Of a DNA stretch of 17,628 nt, positions 7,970-15,254 are shown piece after piece; positions within the stretch are counted from its first letter, which is position 1, and every line of letters starts with the position of its first letter. A program made the position numbers and the translations under genes. A model generated the notes under the pieces. It made no database searches. It was not told where the DNA came from and saw only the letters and a program-made list of their open reading frames with translations. The stretch is from Deltaproteobacteria bacterium (GTDB taxonomy: Bacteria > Myxococcota > Kuafuiibacteriia > Kuafuiibacteriales > Kuafuiibacteriaceae): positions 1 to 17,628 of the forward strand of contig JAVJQW010000010.1 in assembly GCA_040218735.1 (NCBI GenBank), written 5' to 3'.

Positions 7970-9288
7970 GGGGACACCTCGCCAGCACTGGAGAACGACA
8001 GGTCGTCGAACTCGGTTCGGGCGTCAGCCTTGGTCCACAGGCCTACCTTCCCGGCCCCGGTGAACGTGCCGTCATGCACGTCGATGTGCTTCTCGCCATC
8101 GAGAAAGCACTCGATGTGGTCACCGCGCATCGTGCATCGAAGCGTGTGCCAGGCCCCGTGGTCGACACGGACGTCCGCAGTGCCTATCTGACGACGGCGG
8201 CCGTCCTTGACGGTGTAGACCCGGAAGTTGTCCTCGAGAGGGTTGTACCGAGCGATGTAGTAGTTGCGAGCATCCGTTGCTCGCCAGACCACTCCACCGC
8301 CTTGGTCGATGCGTCCCTCTCGGGCGCGTAGTCGCACGCTGATGTCTACGTCCGCGTGCGACGAGGCCTCGACAAGCGCTACGTTGAAGACCGGCGACCG
8401 ATTCGAGGCTCGTTGGACAAAAGCGCGCGAGCCACTCGCCGCAGCCTCCACGGTTTCGACACGCCATTCTCCAACGGGCGCCGACCAACCTTCGGGCAGC
8501 TTGTTGATCTGTGCCAGGTCGAAGCTCTTCGTCGATATCGTAGCGGTGGAAGTCGGTGCGGCCTTTGACGGAGGCTGGTCGCCAGTGGTGTCTTCCAAAG
8601 GGGCCGGCCCACGCGCAACACCACGTACCACTACGTCATCGAACTCCGTGACGGCGTCGGCCTTGGTCCACAGACCGACCCATCCGTCCGCGAAGGTCCC
8701 GTCACGGTGATCGATCAGCAGCCGGTCATCTAGGTACGCCTGGATGTGATCCCCGACAGCAACAACGCGCAGGGTGTGCCAAACGCCGAGATCGGGCTCG
8801 GGGATGTGAACGCCTGCGATCTTGCGCCGGCTCCCATCCACCATCGTGTAGAGACGAAAGTTGTCCTCCAGGCTGTTGGCACGCACAACATAGTAGTTCG
8901 CGCCATCTCGCGCCCGGAACACGATACCTCCGCTCGCGTCGATGTCGCCGGAGATCGGCTTGAAGCGGACAGTAACATCGACGTCGGAGAAGCGACGCGA
9001 CTTCCACAGAGTCACGGGAAACGCTCGGTTCGTCGCCGTCTGCGCGAGAACCCTGCTGTCACCTGCTCCTCGGAGCTGCCAGGTCCCTTCGACGTGCTCC
9101 CACTGGGCGTCACCATCGCTGAACGTCTCGCGCAGGCTGGCGCTGTCGTCGCGAACAGATATCGGGGGCGTGGTCGAGCCAGGCGGCTCCGGGTCCTTGC
9201 ATCCTCCGATGAACAGCAAGGCCCCAGCGAGCATGAGTCGCGCGCGAGGGCTGCCGCCAAAATGCGCAAGCAGTGATTGCATGATCAT
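7966..9288 (-). CDS. Lipoprotein with two tandem DUF1080-like (ConA/LamG beta-sandwich) domains, 440 aa
   Basis: Lipobox LLFIGGC. The internal repeat GG(I/V)V(F/W)RA-D-NYY-R-N-LEDNFR-Y...WHTLR...GDHI...VGLWTKADA-TEFDD occurs twice. ATGA overlap with the kinase stop. Confidence 0.82.
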   Translation of the reverse strand: MIMQSLLAHFGGSPRARLMLAGALLFIGGCKDPEPPGSTTPPISVRDDSASLRETFSDGDAQWEHVEGTWQLRGAGDSRVLAQTATNRAFPVTLWKSRRFSDVDVTVRFKPISGDIDASGGIVFRARDGANYYVVRANSLEDNFRLYTMVDGSRRKIAGVHIPEPDLGVWHTLRVVAVGDHIQAYLDDRLLIDHRDGTFADGWVGLWTKADAVTEFDDVVVRGVARGPAPLEDTTGDQPPSKAAPTSTATISTKSFDLAQINKLPEGWSAPVGEWRVETVEAAASGSRAFVQRASNRSPVFNVALVEASSHADVDISVRLRAREGRIDQGGGVVWRATDARNYYIARYNPLEDNFRVYTVKDGRRRQIGTADVRVDHGAWHTLRCTMRGDHIECFLDGEKHIDVHDGTFTGAGKVGLWTKADARTEFDDLSFSSAGEVSP

Positions 9289-10670
9289 GAGCCTTCTCCC
9301 TCTGAGTGTGGGATGCGGATGCGAAAGGTTGCGTCGGTCCCACCATCATCGTCCGCGAGCACGAGCGTTCCGCCGTGCGCTTCTACTGCCCACCGGGCGA
9401 TGGACAGCCCGAGCCCCGACCCACCGGTCGCACGACTGCGCGCCTTGTCGACGCGATAGAAGCGTTCGAAGATGTGCTTTCGGTGCCCTATTGGGACACC
9501 GGCCCCTTCATCATGGACTACGATCGTCATCGGGTCTGATGCAGCCGACACCGTGACGTCGATGAGGCCACCTTCGGGACCGTGCTTGATCGCGTTGTCG
9601 AGCAGATTGACGATCGACAGGCGCAGCACCTCGCGGTCGACCGAAGCGGTCCCGGGCTCCCCAGAGACCTCGATGCGCTGTCCCTTCTCCTCGGCCAGCG
9701 GCGCCATGTCGGTCGCGACGTCTCGCACCATCGCCAAAAGTTCTTCGGCCTTCCTGTCGAGCGGGATTCTTCCCCCATCGGCACGGCTGAGGGTCAGGAG
9801 GCTATCGAGCAGGCGCGTCAACCTTTCGACCTCTTCCAGCATGCTGCCGATCACGTCTCGGTAGGCTTCCGCGTCTTGTTGCCGCCGCAGCGCTACTTCT
9901 CCGACGCTGCGAAGGCTCGTCAGTGGAGTTCGGAGCTCGTGCGAAGCGCCAGCGGTAAATCGGCGCAGCTGTTCAAACGACGTCTCGAGGCGCCCGAACG
10001 TGTCGTTGAACACCGACGCGAGCTGGCCGATCTCGTCGTGCGCGTTCTCGATGGGGAGCCGTTCGCCCAGCCGGTCGGCGGTGATGATCTTGGCTTGAGC
10101 CGAAATGCGGGTGACAGGTGCAAGAGACTGACGAGCCACCAGATACCCGCCGATGGCGGCGATCGCCACGCCAAGCGGCAAGCCCAACAACGCGATGAGC
10201 GCCAGGGTCCCGAGCGTGGCGTGCATGTGCTTCTCGGAACGGAAGACCCGAATGAGAACGCTGCGTCCCGAGACCGAATGTGGTCCCTGGAGTACCCGAA
10301 CCCGCTCGCCGCCGATTCGAAGGCTCTTACGACCGGAGCTCCGAGGGATCTCGCCCGCCCAAGACGCGACCGCAGAGGTTCGCACCAGAAGCTGCCCATT
10401 CGGGTCCCAGACCTCCGCGCGGATCTGCTCCTCCTCCTCCGGCTCGTGGTGATACGTGCCGGAAAAACGCACCGCGTCGCCATCCAATATGAGCATCGAT
10501 TCCACGACCTCGAAGTCGCCGTGAAGATCCCGGTTGAGGTCATCCTCGAGCTTGTGCGCGACGAAAAAGTAGATGCCGAGCGCGTAAGCCAGGAGGATGG
10601 CGAACAGGGATGCCGCGTAGGTGACTGTCAGTCGTGCGCGAATGCTGCGCCTTCGCCACCAGTGCTTCAT
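9285..10670 (-). CDS. Sensor histidine kinase, CusS/CzcS-like heavy-metal type, 461 aa
   Basis: Two TM helices, HAMP region (ERLPIENAHDEIGQLA), H-box ASHELRTPL, N-box NLLDNAIKH, D/F/G boxes (DEGAG, IFERFYRVD, GSGLGLSI). Start MKHWWRR at 10670 forms an ATGA overlap with the regulator stop. Confidence 0.93.
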   Translation of the reverse strand: MKHWWRRRSIRARLTVTYAASLFAILLAYALGIYFFVAHKLEDDLNRDLHGDFEVVESMLILDGDAVRFSGTYHHEPEEEEQIRAEVWDPNGQLLVRTSAVASWAGEIPRSSGRKSLRIGGERVRVLQGPHSVSGRSVLIRVFRSEKHMHATLGTLALIALLGLPLGVAIAAIGGYLVARQSLAPVTRISAQAKIITADRLGERLPIENAHDEIGQLASVFNDTFGRLETSFEQLRRFTAGASHELRTPLTSLRSVGEVALRRQQDAEAYRDVIGSMLEEVERLTRLLDSLLTLSRADGGRIPLDRKAEELLAMVRDVATDMAPLAEEKGQRIEVSGEPGTASVDREVLRLSIVNLLDNAIKHGPEGGLIDVTVSAASDPMTIVVHDEGAGVPIGHRKHIFERFYRVDKARSRATGGSGLGLSIARWAVEAHGGTLVLADDDGGTDATFRIRIPHSEGEGS

Positions 10671-11350
10671 GGCTCGTCCTCCCGGACCACGAAGCCCACT
10701 CCCCGGATCGTGTGCAGGAGCTTGTTCTCTTGGCCGTCGTCGAGCTTCCTTCGCAGCCGGGCCATGTGAACGTCGATGACATTGTCGAGCGGAGTGGCGC
10801 GGCCCGTACCACCCCAGGCCTCCTGGCAGAGCGTGTCCCGAGATACCGGAGAGCCCTGGCGCCGGAGCATACACTCCAGGATCTGAAACTCACGGGGCGT
10901 GAGTTCGATTTCGACCCCTCCCCGGGTCACCCTGCGTGTCGCCACGTCCATCTCGAGGTCGCCCACCTTGAGGCGCAGAGCGTCCTGAGGGCGACCGCGG
11001 CGGAGCAGAGCGCGAACTCTGGCCAGGAGTTCCGAGAAGGCGAACGGCTTGACGAGGTAGTCGTCCGCGCCGGCGTCGAGGCCCAGCACCCGGTCGTCGA
11101 CCGCATCGCGCGCCGTGAGGATCAGAAACGGCGTGTCCAGCCCGCGCTGTCGAACCGTGCGCAGGATCTCGATGCCGTCGCGGCCTGGCAGCATCAGGTC
11201 GAGCAGCACCAGATCAAAGCGCTGAGCGTTGATCTTGTAGAAACCCTCCTCGCCGGTTGTCGCCACGCAGACGTCGTAGTGCTCGTGGGTGAGCCCCTCT
11301 TCAAGCGCTCGAGCCACCTTGGGCTCGTCTTCGATCACCAGGATTCGCAT
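10667..11350 (-). CDS. OmpR-family response regulator, CusR/CzcR-like, 227 aa
   Basis: MRILVIEDE, LLDLMLPG, LILTARD, GADDYLVKPF, wHTH with NVIDVHMARLRRKLD and LHTIRGVGF. Confidence 0.95.
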   Translation of the reverse strand: MRILVIEDEPKVARALEEGLTHEHYDVCVATTGEEGFYKINAQRFDLVLLDLMLPGRDGIEILRTVRQRGLDTPFLILTARDAVDDRVLGLDAGADDYLVKPFAFSELLARVRALLRRGRPQDALRLKVGDLEMDVATRRVTRGGVEIELTPREFQILECMLRRQGSPVSRDTLCQEAWGGTGRATPLDNVIDVHMARLRRKLDDGQENKLLHTIRGVGFVVREDEP

Positions 11351-11377
11351 CGCTCTTCATTCGCCCAGGCGGAAGCG

Positions 11378-11433
11378 AATGTAGAGTCCCCTGCATCTCC
11401 CTGCCAGTGAAGGGTTCCTGAAGTTTTCGTCAG
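11378..11433 (-). promoter_or_regulatory. Putative autoregulated promoter with an OmpR/CusR-type box and a -10 element
   Basis: The minus strand reads CTGACGAAAACTTCAGGAACCCTTCA (11433-11408): a CTGA-N8-TCAG dyad plus a CTTCA direct repeat at 11-bp period. TACATT (11383-11378) lies ~28 nt before the ATG. Confidence 0.55.
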
Positions 11434-11465
11434 GTAGGGGCCTCTGATCCGGGGCGGGCCCCTAC
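11434..11465. repeat. GTAG-initiated inverted repeat (9-bp stem, 14-nt loop)
   Basis: GTAGGGGCC (11434-11442) and GGCCCCTAC (11457-11465). Confidence 0.5.
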
Positions 11466-11665
11466 GTTGCCAGGCGATTCGAACCCCCGCGCCGGCCAGA
11501 GCCCACAAGACGACCGCACGCTAAATCGCCTCTCCGCTCAACCTTCTTCCGGCGCTCTTCGAACGGTGGAGTGCAAAGGAACAGAGCCAATCCGGATAAT
11601 TGCGCGACGGAACACTCGTCGCCTGGACGGCGGTTGCGTTGAGTTTGAGTACCAGTTGCGCCGAC

Positions 11666-11854
11666 CTACTCGTCGCCGCTTCTGTCAGCTTCGTCCCCTC
11701 GACGTTCGGCTTCCTGGCCTGCGACCCACCGAATTATGGTCTCGTTGAGCGCAGCGATGTTGTCCGCGAGGCGCGAAACCTCTTCGACAAGCTTGGGGAT
11801 CGTGGACTCGTAGTAGCGCTGGCCCATGCGTGTCTGGAAGAACTTGGGTCCCAT
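11666..11854 (-). CDS. Small hypothetical protein, 62 aa (MGPKFFQTRMGQRYYESTIPKLVEEVSRLADNIAALNE...)
   Basis: Strong RBS AAGGGGAGG, amphipathic helix. From memory it resembles small myxobacterial mobile-region proteins (not verified). Confidence 0.7.
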   Translation of the reverse strand: MGPKFFQTRMGQRYYESTIPKLVEEVSRLADNIAALNETIIRWVAGQEAERRGDEADRSGDE

Positions 11855-11871
11855 GTCTTCGCCTCCCCTTC

Positions 11872-12033
11872 TCATCGCACCGTGTCCCATGCTCGCTTGT
11901 CGCCGTAGCGAAGCTGCTGGCCCTCAACCAAGAAGACGTCGCTCTTGGGAAGCTGCGAGTCCCGTGCAGACCAACGATCGCGAGGAGTCGGTTCGTCTTC
12001 GTCAATCTCCTCGTCATCGTCGTCCTCGACGAA
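11872..12033 (-). pseudogene. 3' remnant of an acidic hypothetical gene cut by the transposon end
   Basis: The frame FVEDDDDEEIDEDEPT...DVFLVEGQQLRYGDKRAWDTVR* is protein-like only up to the TGT at 12034. Its stop lies just before the RBS of the next gene. Confidence 0.55.
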
Positions 12034-12183
12034 TGTCATATCCCGGCGATCCGTCACGACTCCGTCCCGCCATTCTGTCCCGGTAGCGATCCTGGGATGA
12101 GCGCGTGAGCCGTGTCCCACGACATCGCGGTGGGACACAGATCCGAGGCGTGTCCGAGGTGGTCGAGTTCGTTGGGTCGTCGC

Positions 12184-12324
12184 TCAGAAGGGCAGATCGT
12201 CGTCATCGAGCTCAGGCTGGCAGACGGGGCACCTGGGGTCTGCGGCTGCGAGTCGACGATAGCGGTCGAGGCGTTCGAGCATGGCATCGCCGTGCTGCGC
12301 CCACAGTGCGCTGATGATCTGCTC
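12184..12324 (-). pseudogene. 3' part of the 68-aa small ORF split by IS66 (...EQIISALWAQHGDAMLERLDRYRRLAAADPRCPVCQPELDDDDLPF*)
   Basis: Joins in frame with 14388-14315 when the IS66 and one target copy are removed (207 nt total). Confidence 0.8.
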
Positions 12325-12394
12325 GTAACCGTTCAGGTCCTCCCGATGCCGGAGGGGGATCGACGGCACGATCCGATCGTGATCTAAGCTGCGT

Positions 12395-13858
12395 GTGGCG
12401 GAGGGGGCGCGCGGCGAGGATGAGGGGGCCCGCATCGCCAGCCTCGAGAACGCCCTCGCGGAGAGCAACCGTCTTCTCGCCGAGAGCCACGCTCAAAACG
12501 CCGCCCTCATCGAGCAGGTCACCAAGCTGACTGCCAGGATCGACCAGCTGCTGGAGCAGCTCGGGCAGAACTCCAAGAATTCGCACAAGCCGCCGTCGAG
12601 CGACGGGCCGGGTTCACGTGGCTCGGGGAGCAGCGGGAAGAAGAAGTCGAGGTCCGGCCGGAAGGCGGGCGGTCAGAAGGGGCACAAGGGCTCGCACCGC
12701 GAGCTTCTCCCGGTCGACGAGGTCGATGCTTTCGTCGAGATCTATCCCGAGTTGTGCCTCGGCTGCGGTGCGTCGCTCGCGTCTAGGTTCGACGACGCGC
12801 GTCGCTATCAGCAACTCGATATCCGCGATCATCGACCGCACGTCACGGAGTTCCGACGCCACGAGGTGAGTTGCGAGCGGTGCGGGCACCGAACGCTGGC
12901 GCCCTTCGATCGCGCCGTGATCCCCGCGTCGCCGTTCGGTCCGTGCCTCACGGCCGTCGTCGCCCTGCTCACCGGTGTCTATCACCTCAGCCGCCGCAAG
13001 GCGCAGCAACTCCTCGCGGAGCTCTTCGGCATCTCGATCTCCATCGGCGCGATCAGCGCGATGGAGCGGCGCGCGAGCGAGGCTCTGAAGTCCGCGTACG
13101 ACGAAGCCCAACACGAGGTGGAGTACGCCGCCGTGAAGCACACGGACGCGACCAGCTGGGTTCGCGCGGGCGTGCTCATGTCCTTGTGGACGCTGGCGAC
13201 GACGTCCGCGACGGTGTTTCGGATCTTCGCGGACGGCTGCCGCGAAACGATCCGGCCGTTCTTCGGCGACCGTCACGGCATCCTCGTCAGCGATCGCGCG
13301 ACGGTCTTCGGGTTCTGGGTGATGTCGCTGCGACAGATCTGCTGGGCGCATCTGCTCCGCAAGTTCATCGCGTTCTCAGAACGTGATGGCCCCGCCGCCG
13401 CGCTCGGGTACGAACTACTCGAGTACACCGCTTTGGCCTTCGACTACTGGCGCGGCTTCCAAGAAGGGGCGTTGACGAGGGAAGAACTCGAAATCTGGCT
13501 TCGGCCGGTTCGGCGCGGGTTCGAGCGGGCGCTCGAGCGCGGCGCTGATGCCGAGATCGATCGTGTCTCCGGCGCGTGCGCGGATATGCTCGCGCACCGC
13601 GAAGCGCTGTGGACGTTCGTCGCGAACGAAGGCGTCGAACCGACGAACAACCACGCGGAGCGTGAGTTGCGCGCCTTCGTATTGTGGCGCAAGCGGAGCT
13701 TCGGCACGCAGAGTGCCCGAGGTGAGCGCTTCGCGGAGCGGGTGATGACCGTCGCGCACACGGCGCGCAAGCAAGGTTGCGCGGTGCTCGCGTTTCTCAC
13801 CCGCAGCATCGAGGCCAACCTCGTGGGTGAGCCGACGCCGCGCCTCATCGGGACCTGA
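12395..13858 (+). CDS. tnpC: IS66-family transposase TnpC, 487 aa
   Basis: N-terminal coiled coil, NSKNSHKPPSSD, GGQKGHKG, zinc finger CLGC/CERC, DDE motifs HTDATSW, VSDR, CWAHLLRKF, EPTNNHAERELR. Confidence 0.95.
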   Translation: MAEGARGEDEGARIASLENALAESNRLLAESHAQNAALIEQVTKLTARIDQLLEQLGQNSKNSHKPPSSDGPGSRGSGSSGKKKSRSGRKAGGQKGHKGSHRELLPVDEVDAFVEIYPELCLGCGASLASRFDDARRYQQLDIRDHRPHVTEFRRHEVSCERCGHRTLAPFDRAVIPASPFGPCLTAVVALLTGVYHLSRRKAQQLLAELFGISISIGAISAMERRASEALKSAYDEAQHEVEYAAVKHTDATSWVRAGVLMSLWTLATTSATVFRIFADGCRETIRPFFGDRHGILVSDRATVFGFWVMSLRQICWAHLLRKFIAFSERDGPAAALGYELLEYTALAFDYWRGFQEGALTREELEIWLRPVRRGFERALERGADAEIDRVSGACADMLAHREALWTFVANEGVEPTNNHAERELRAFVLWRKRSFGTQSARGERFAERVMTVAHTARKQGCAVLAFLTRSIEANLVGEPTPRLIGT

Positions 13859-14257
13859 TCAAGTCTCCCGCGGACGCCGACCGACCGCCGGGAAATACCG
13901 CGTCTGGTGACGCTGCCCGACGCTACGGACGCGACCCTCGGCCTTCAGCTTCATCATCGGGCGATGCAGGTCCGTCGCGCGCGCCCTCAGCTGCTCTGCG
14001 AACGTCGCCATCGACTCGCCCGCGTTTGCGCGGACCAACGCGTAGAGTTGCTCGGCGAGGGCCTCGATCTCCTCCGCCGACCGACGCCGACCCGGAGCAC
14101 GCTCCGTCGCGGGAGCCCGATTCCCACCAACTCGCGGTCGCCGACCGGAGCGCGAAACGAAGGAGCGATCGATCGCCTCGGAGGCGGCCCGCCGCCCGGC
14201 GTCGACCAGTGCCTCGATGGCTCTCGCGAGTTGCTCGGGAGTCTTCGGTGAGATCAT
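13859..14257 (-). CDS. Small winged-HTH-like protein inside IS66, convergent with tnpC, ~132 aa
   Basis: RRRSAEEIEALAEQLYALVRANAGESMATFAEQL...DLHRPMMKLKAEGRVRSVGQRHQTRYFP. Its stop abuts the tnpC stop. Start uncertain (14257 or 14293). Confidence 0.75.
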   Translation of the reverse strand: MISPKTPEQLARAIEALVDAGRRAASEAIDRSFVSRSGRRPRVGGNRAPATERAPGRRRSAEEIEALAEQLYALVRANAGESMATFAEQLRARATDLHRPMMKLKAEGRVRSVGQRHQTRYFPAVGRRPRET

Positions 14258-14314
14258 GCGCCACCGAATCGCGCGCCCAACAGGATCCTTCAACCCCCCA
14301 CCCTGAACGGTTAC

Positions 14315-14388
14315 TTCTGCTCGAGCAGCGCGTTGATGCAGAGCGCCTCCTCGGCGGTGAGGTCGATGGGGATCTTGATGGTCTTCAT
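14315..14388 (-). pseudogene. 5' part of the 68-aa small ORF (MKTIKIPIDLTAEEALCINALLEQ) split by IS66
   Basis: ATGA overlap with the ATPase stop (14385-14388). The frame ends at a TAA supplied by the IS end. Confidence 0.8.
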
Positions 14389-15254
14389 CGCGCTGCCGTG
14401 AGGTTCAGATAGAGCGGGTGGCTGCCGATGAGTTCGCTCATGAAGCATCCGTCGATGGTGTCTCGGCCGTGGATGGCGGCCTGGATCAGCGCTTGTGTTG
14501 CGATCTGGTTGATGGCGCGAGGTCTGCCTTGGGAGGCCTGGAAGATGCGCTTGTTGGCGTCGTCGGAGAAGAGCTTGGCCTCGGCGTCGGCGCGTTGGAG
14601 GTGGAAGGCGACGTAGTTTCGCGTGTCCTCGAGCGTGAAGGCGCGTAGCTGCTGGGCGTACACGACTCGAGATCGCAGCGACGCAAGGTCCGGGTGGTGG
14701 AGCGTCCGAAGTAGGTCGTCGGTACCGCTGATGAGGAGGCTGAAGTGATCCTCCTGATCCATCTGCCACGCGGTGAGGCGTCTGAGGGCATCGATGACGG
14801 GCACGGTGAGTCGCTCCGCGTCATCGACGAGGACGACGGGATGCGTGCCCTTCTCGGACTCGTGGGTGACGAGGAGACTCTGCGCCTGGTCGAAGAGGTC
14901 CGCGCCGTGCAGCCGCATCGGCAAGCCGAGCTTGCGGTTGAGGGAGCGCAAGAAGCCGGTGACGGTCGTGGGTAAGTAGGTGAAGTCGACGACGGCGTAG
15001 CGCGCTTCATCGAGTTCCTGGACGAAGCGTCGCAGGGTGATGCTCTTTCCGACGCCGCTCTCGCCGGTGACGAGGGCGATGCCCTTGAGCTCGTTGTACA
15101 TCCTCAGGCCCGCGAGGAGCTCGCGCTGTCCGAGCGAATCGAACATCAACGCGGAGCGCATCGCCTTGGTGAAGGGGATGCGGCTGAAGCCGAAGTGGCT
15201 TCGTAGTCGTCGGCGCTCGGCGTCGGGCAAGTCAGGTTGCGTCGTCTTCGTCAT
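14385..15254 (-). CDS. ExeA-like AAA+ ATPase (transposition helper, TnsC/MuB/IstB-type role), 289 aa
   Basis: HFGFSRIPF, Walker A GESGVGKS, Walker B VVLVDDAE, LRSRV, SQGRPRAINQIA. Overlaps the transposase 3' end. Confidence 0.9.
   Translation of the reverse strand: MTKTTQPDLPDAERRRLRSHFGFSRIPFTKAMRSALMFDSLGQRELLAGLRMYNELKGIALVTGESGVGKSITLRRFVQELDEARYAVVDFTYLPTTVTGFLRSLNRKLGLPMRLHGADLFDQAQSLLVTHESEKGTHPVVLVDDAERLTVPVIDALRRLTAWQMDQEDHFSLLISGTDDLLRTLHHPDLASLRSRVVYAQQLRAFTLEDTRNYVAFHLQRADAEAKLFSDDANKRIFQASQGRPRAINQIATQALIQAAIHGRDTIDGCFMSELIGSHPLYLNLTAAR

Larger units (their letters stand above)
12325..14314 (+). mobile_element. IS66-family insertion sequence, 1,990 bp (ISBst12-like organisation without tnpA/tnpB)
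   Basis: Terminal IRs GTAACCGTTCAGG (12325-12337) and CCTGAACGGTTAC (14302-14314). 8-bp target duplication ATCTGCTC / TTCTGCTC (7/8 match). Confidence 0.93.

Noticed and set aside
10671-10874. N-terminal extension of the kinase ORF
   Set aside because: It overlaps the response regulator. The ATGA-coupled start at 10670 fits better.
11471-11493. tRNA T-arm-like GGGGGTTCGAATCGCCT on the minus strand (possible att remnant)
   Set aside because: The stem has a mismatch, no acceptor or anticodon arms can be folded, and there is no integrase.
11600-11908. Plus-strand ORF with a lipobox-like N-terminus (VALSLSTSC)
   Set aside because: TTG start immediately after a stop codon, and mostly antisense to a better-supported small gene with a strong RBS.
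14385-15254. ExeA as a type II secretion component
   Set aside because: No T2SS genes or peptidoglycan-binding extension. It is coupled to a transposase.
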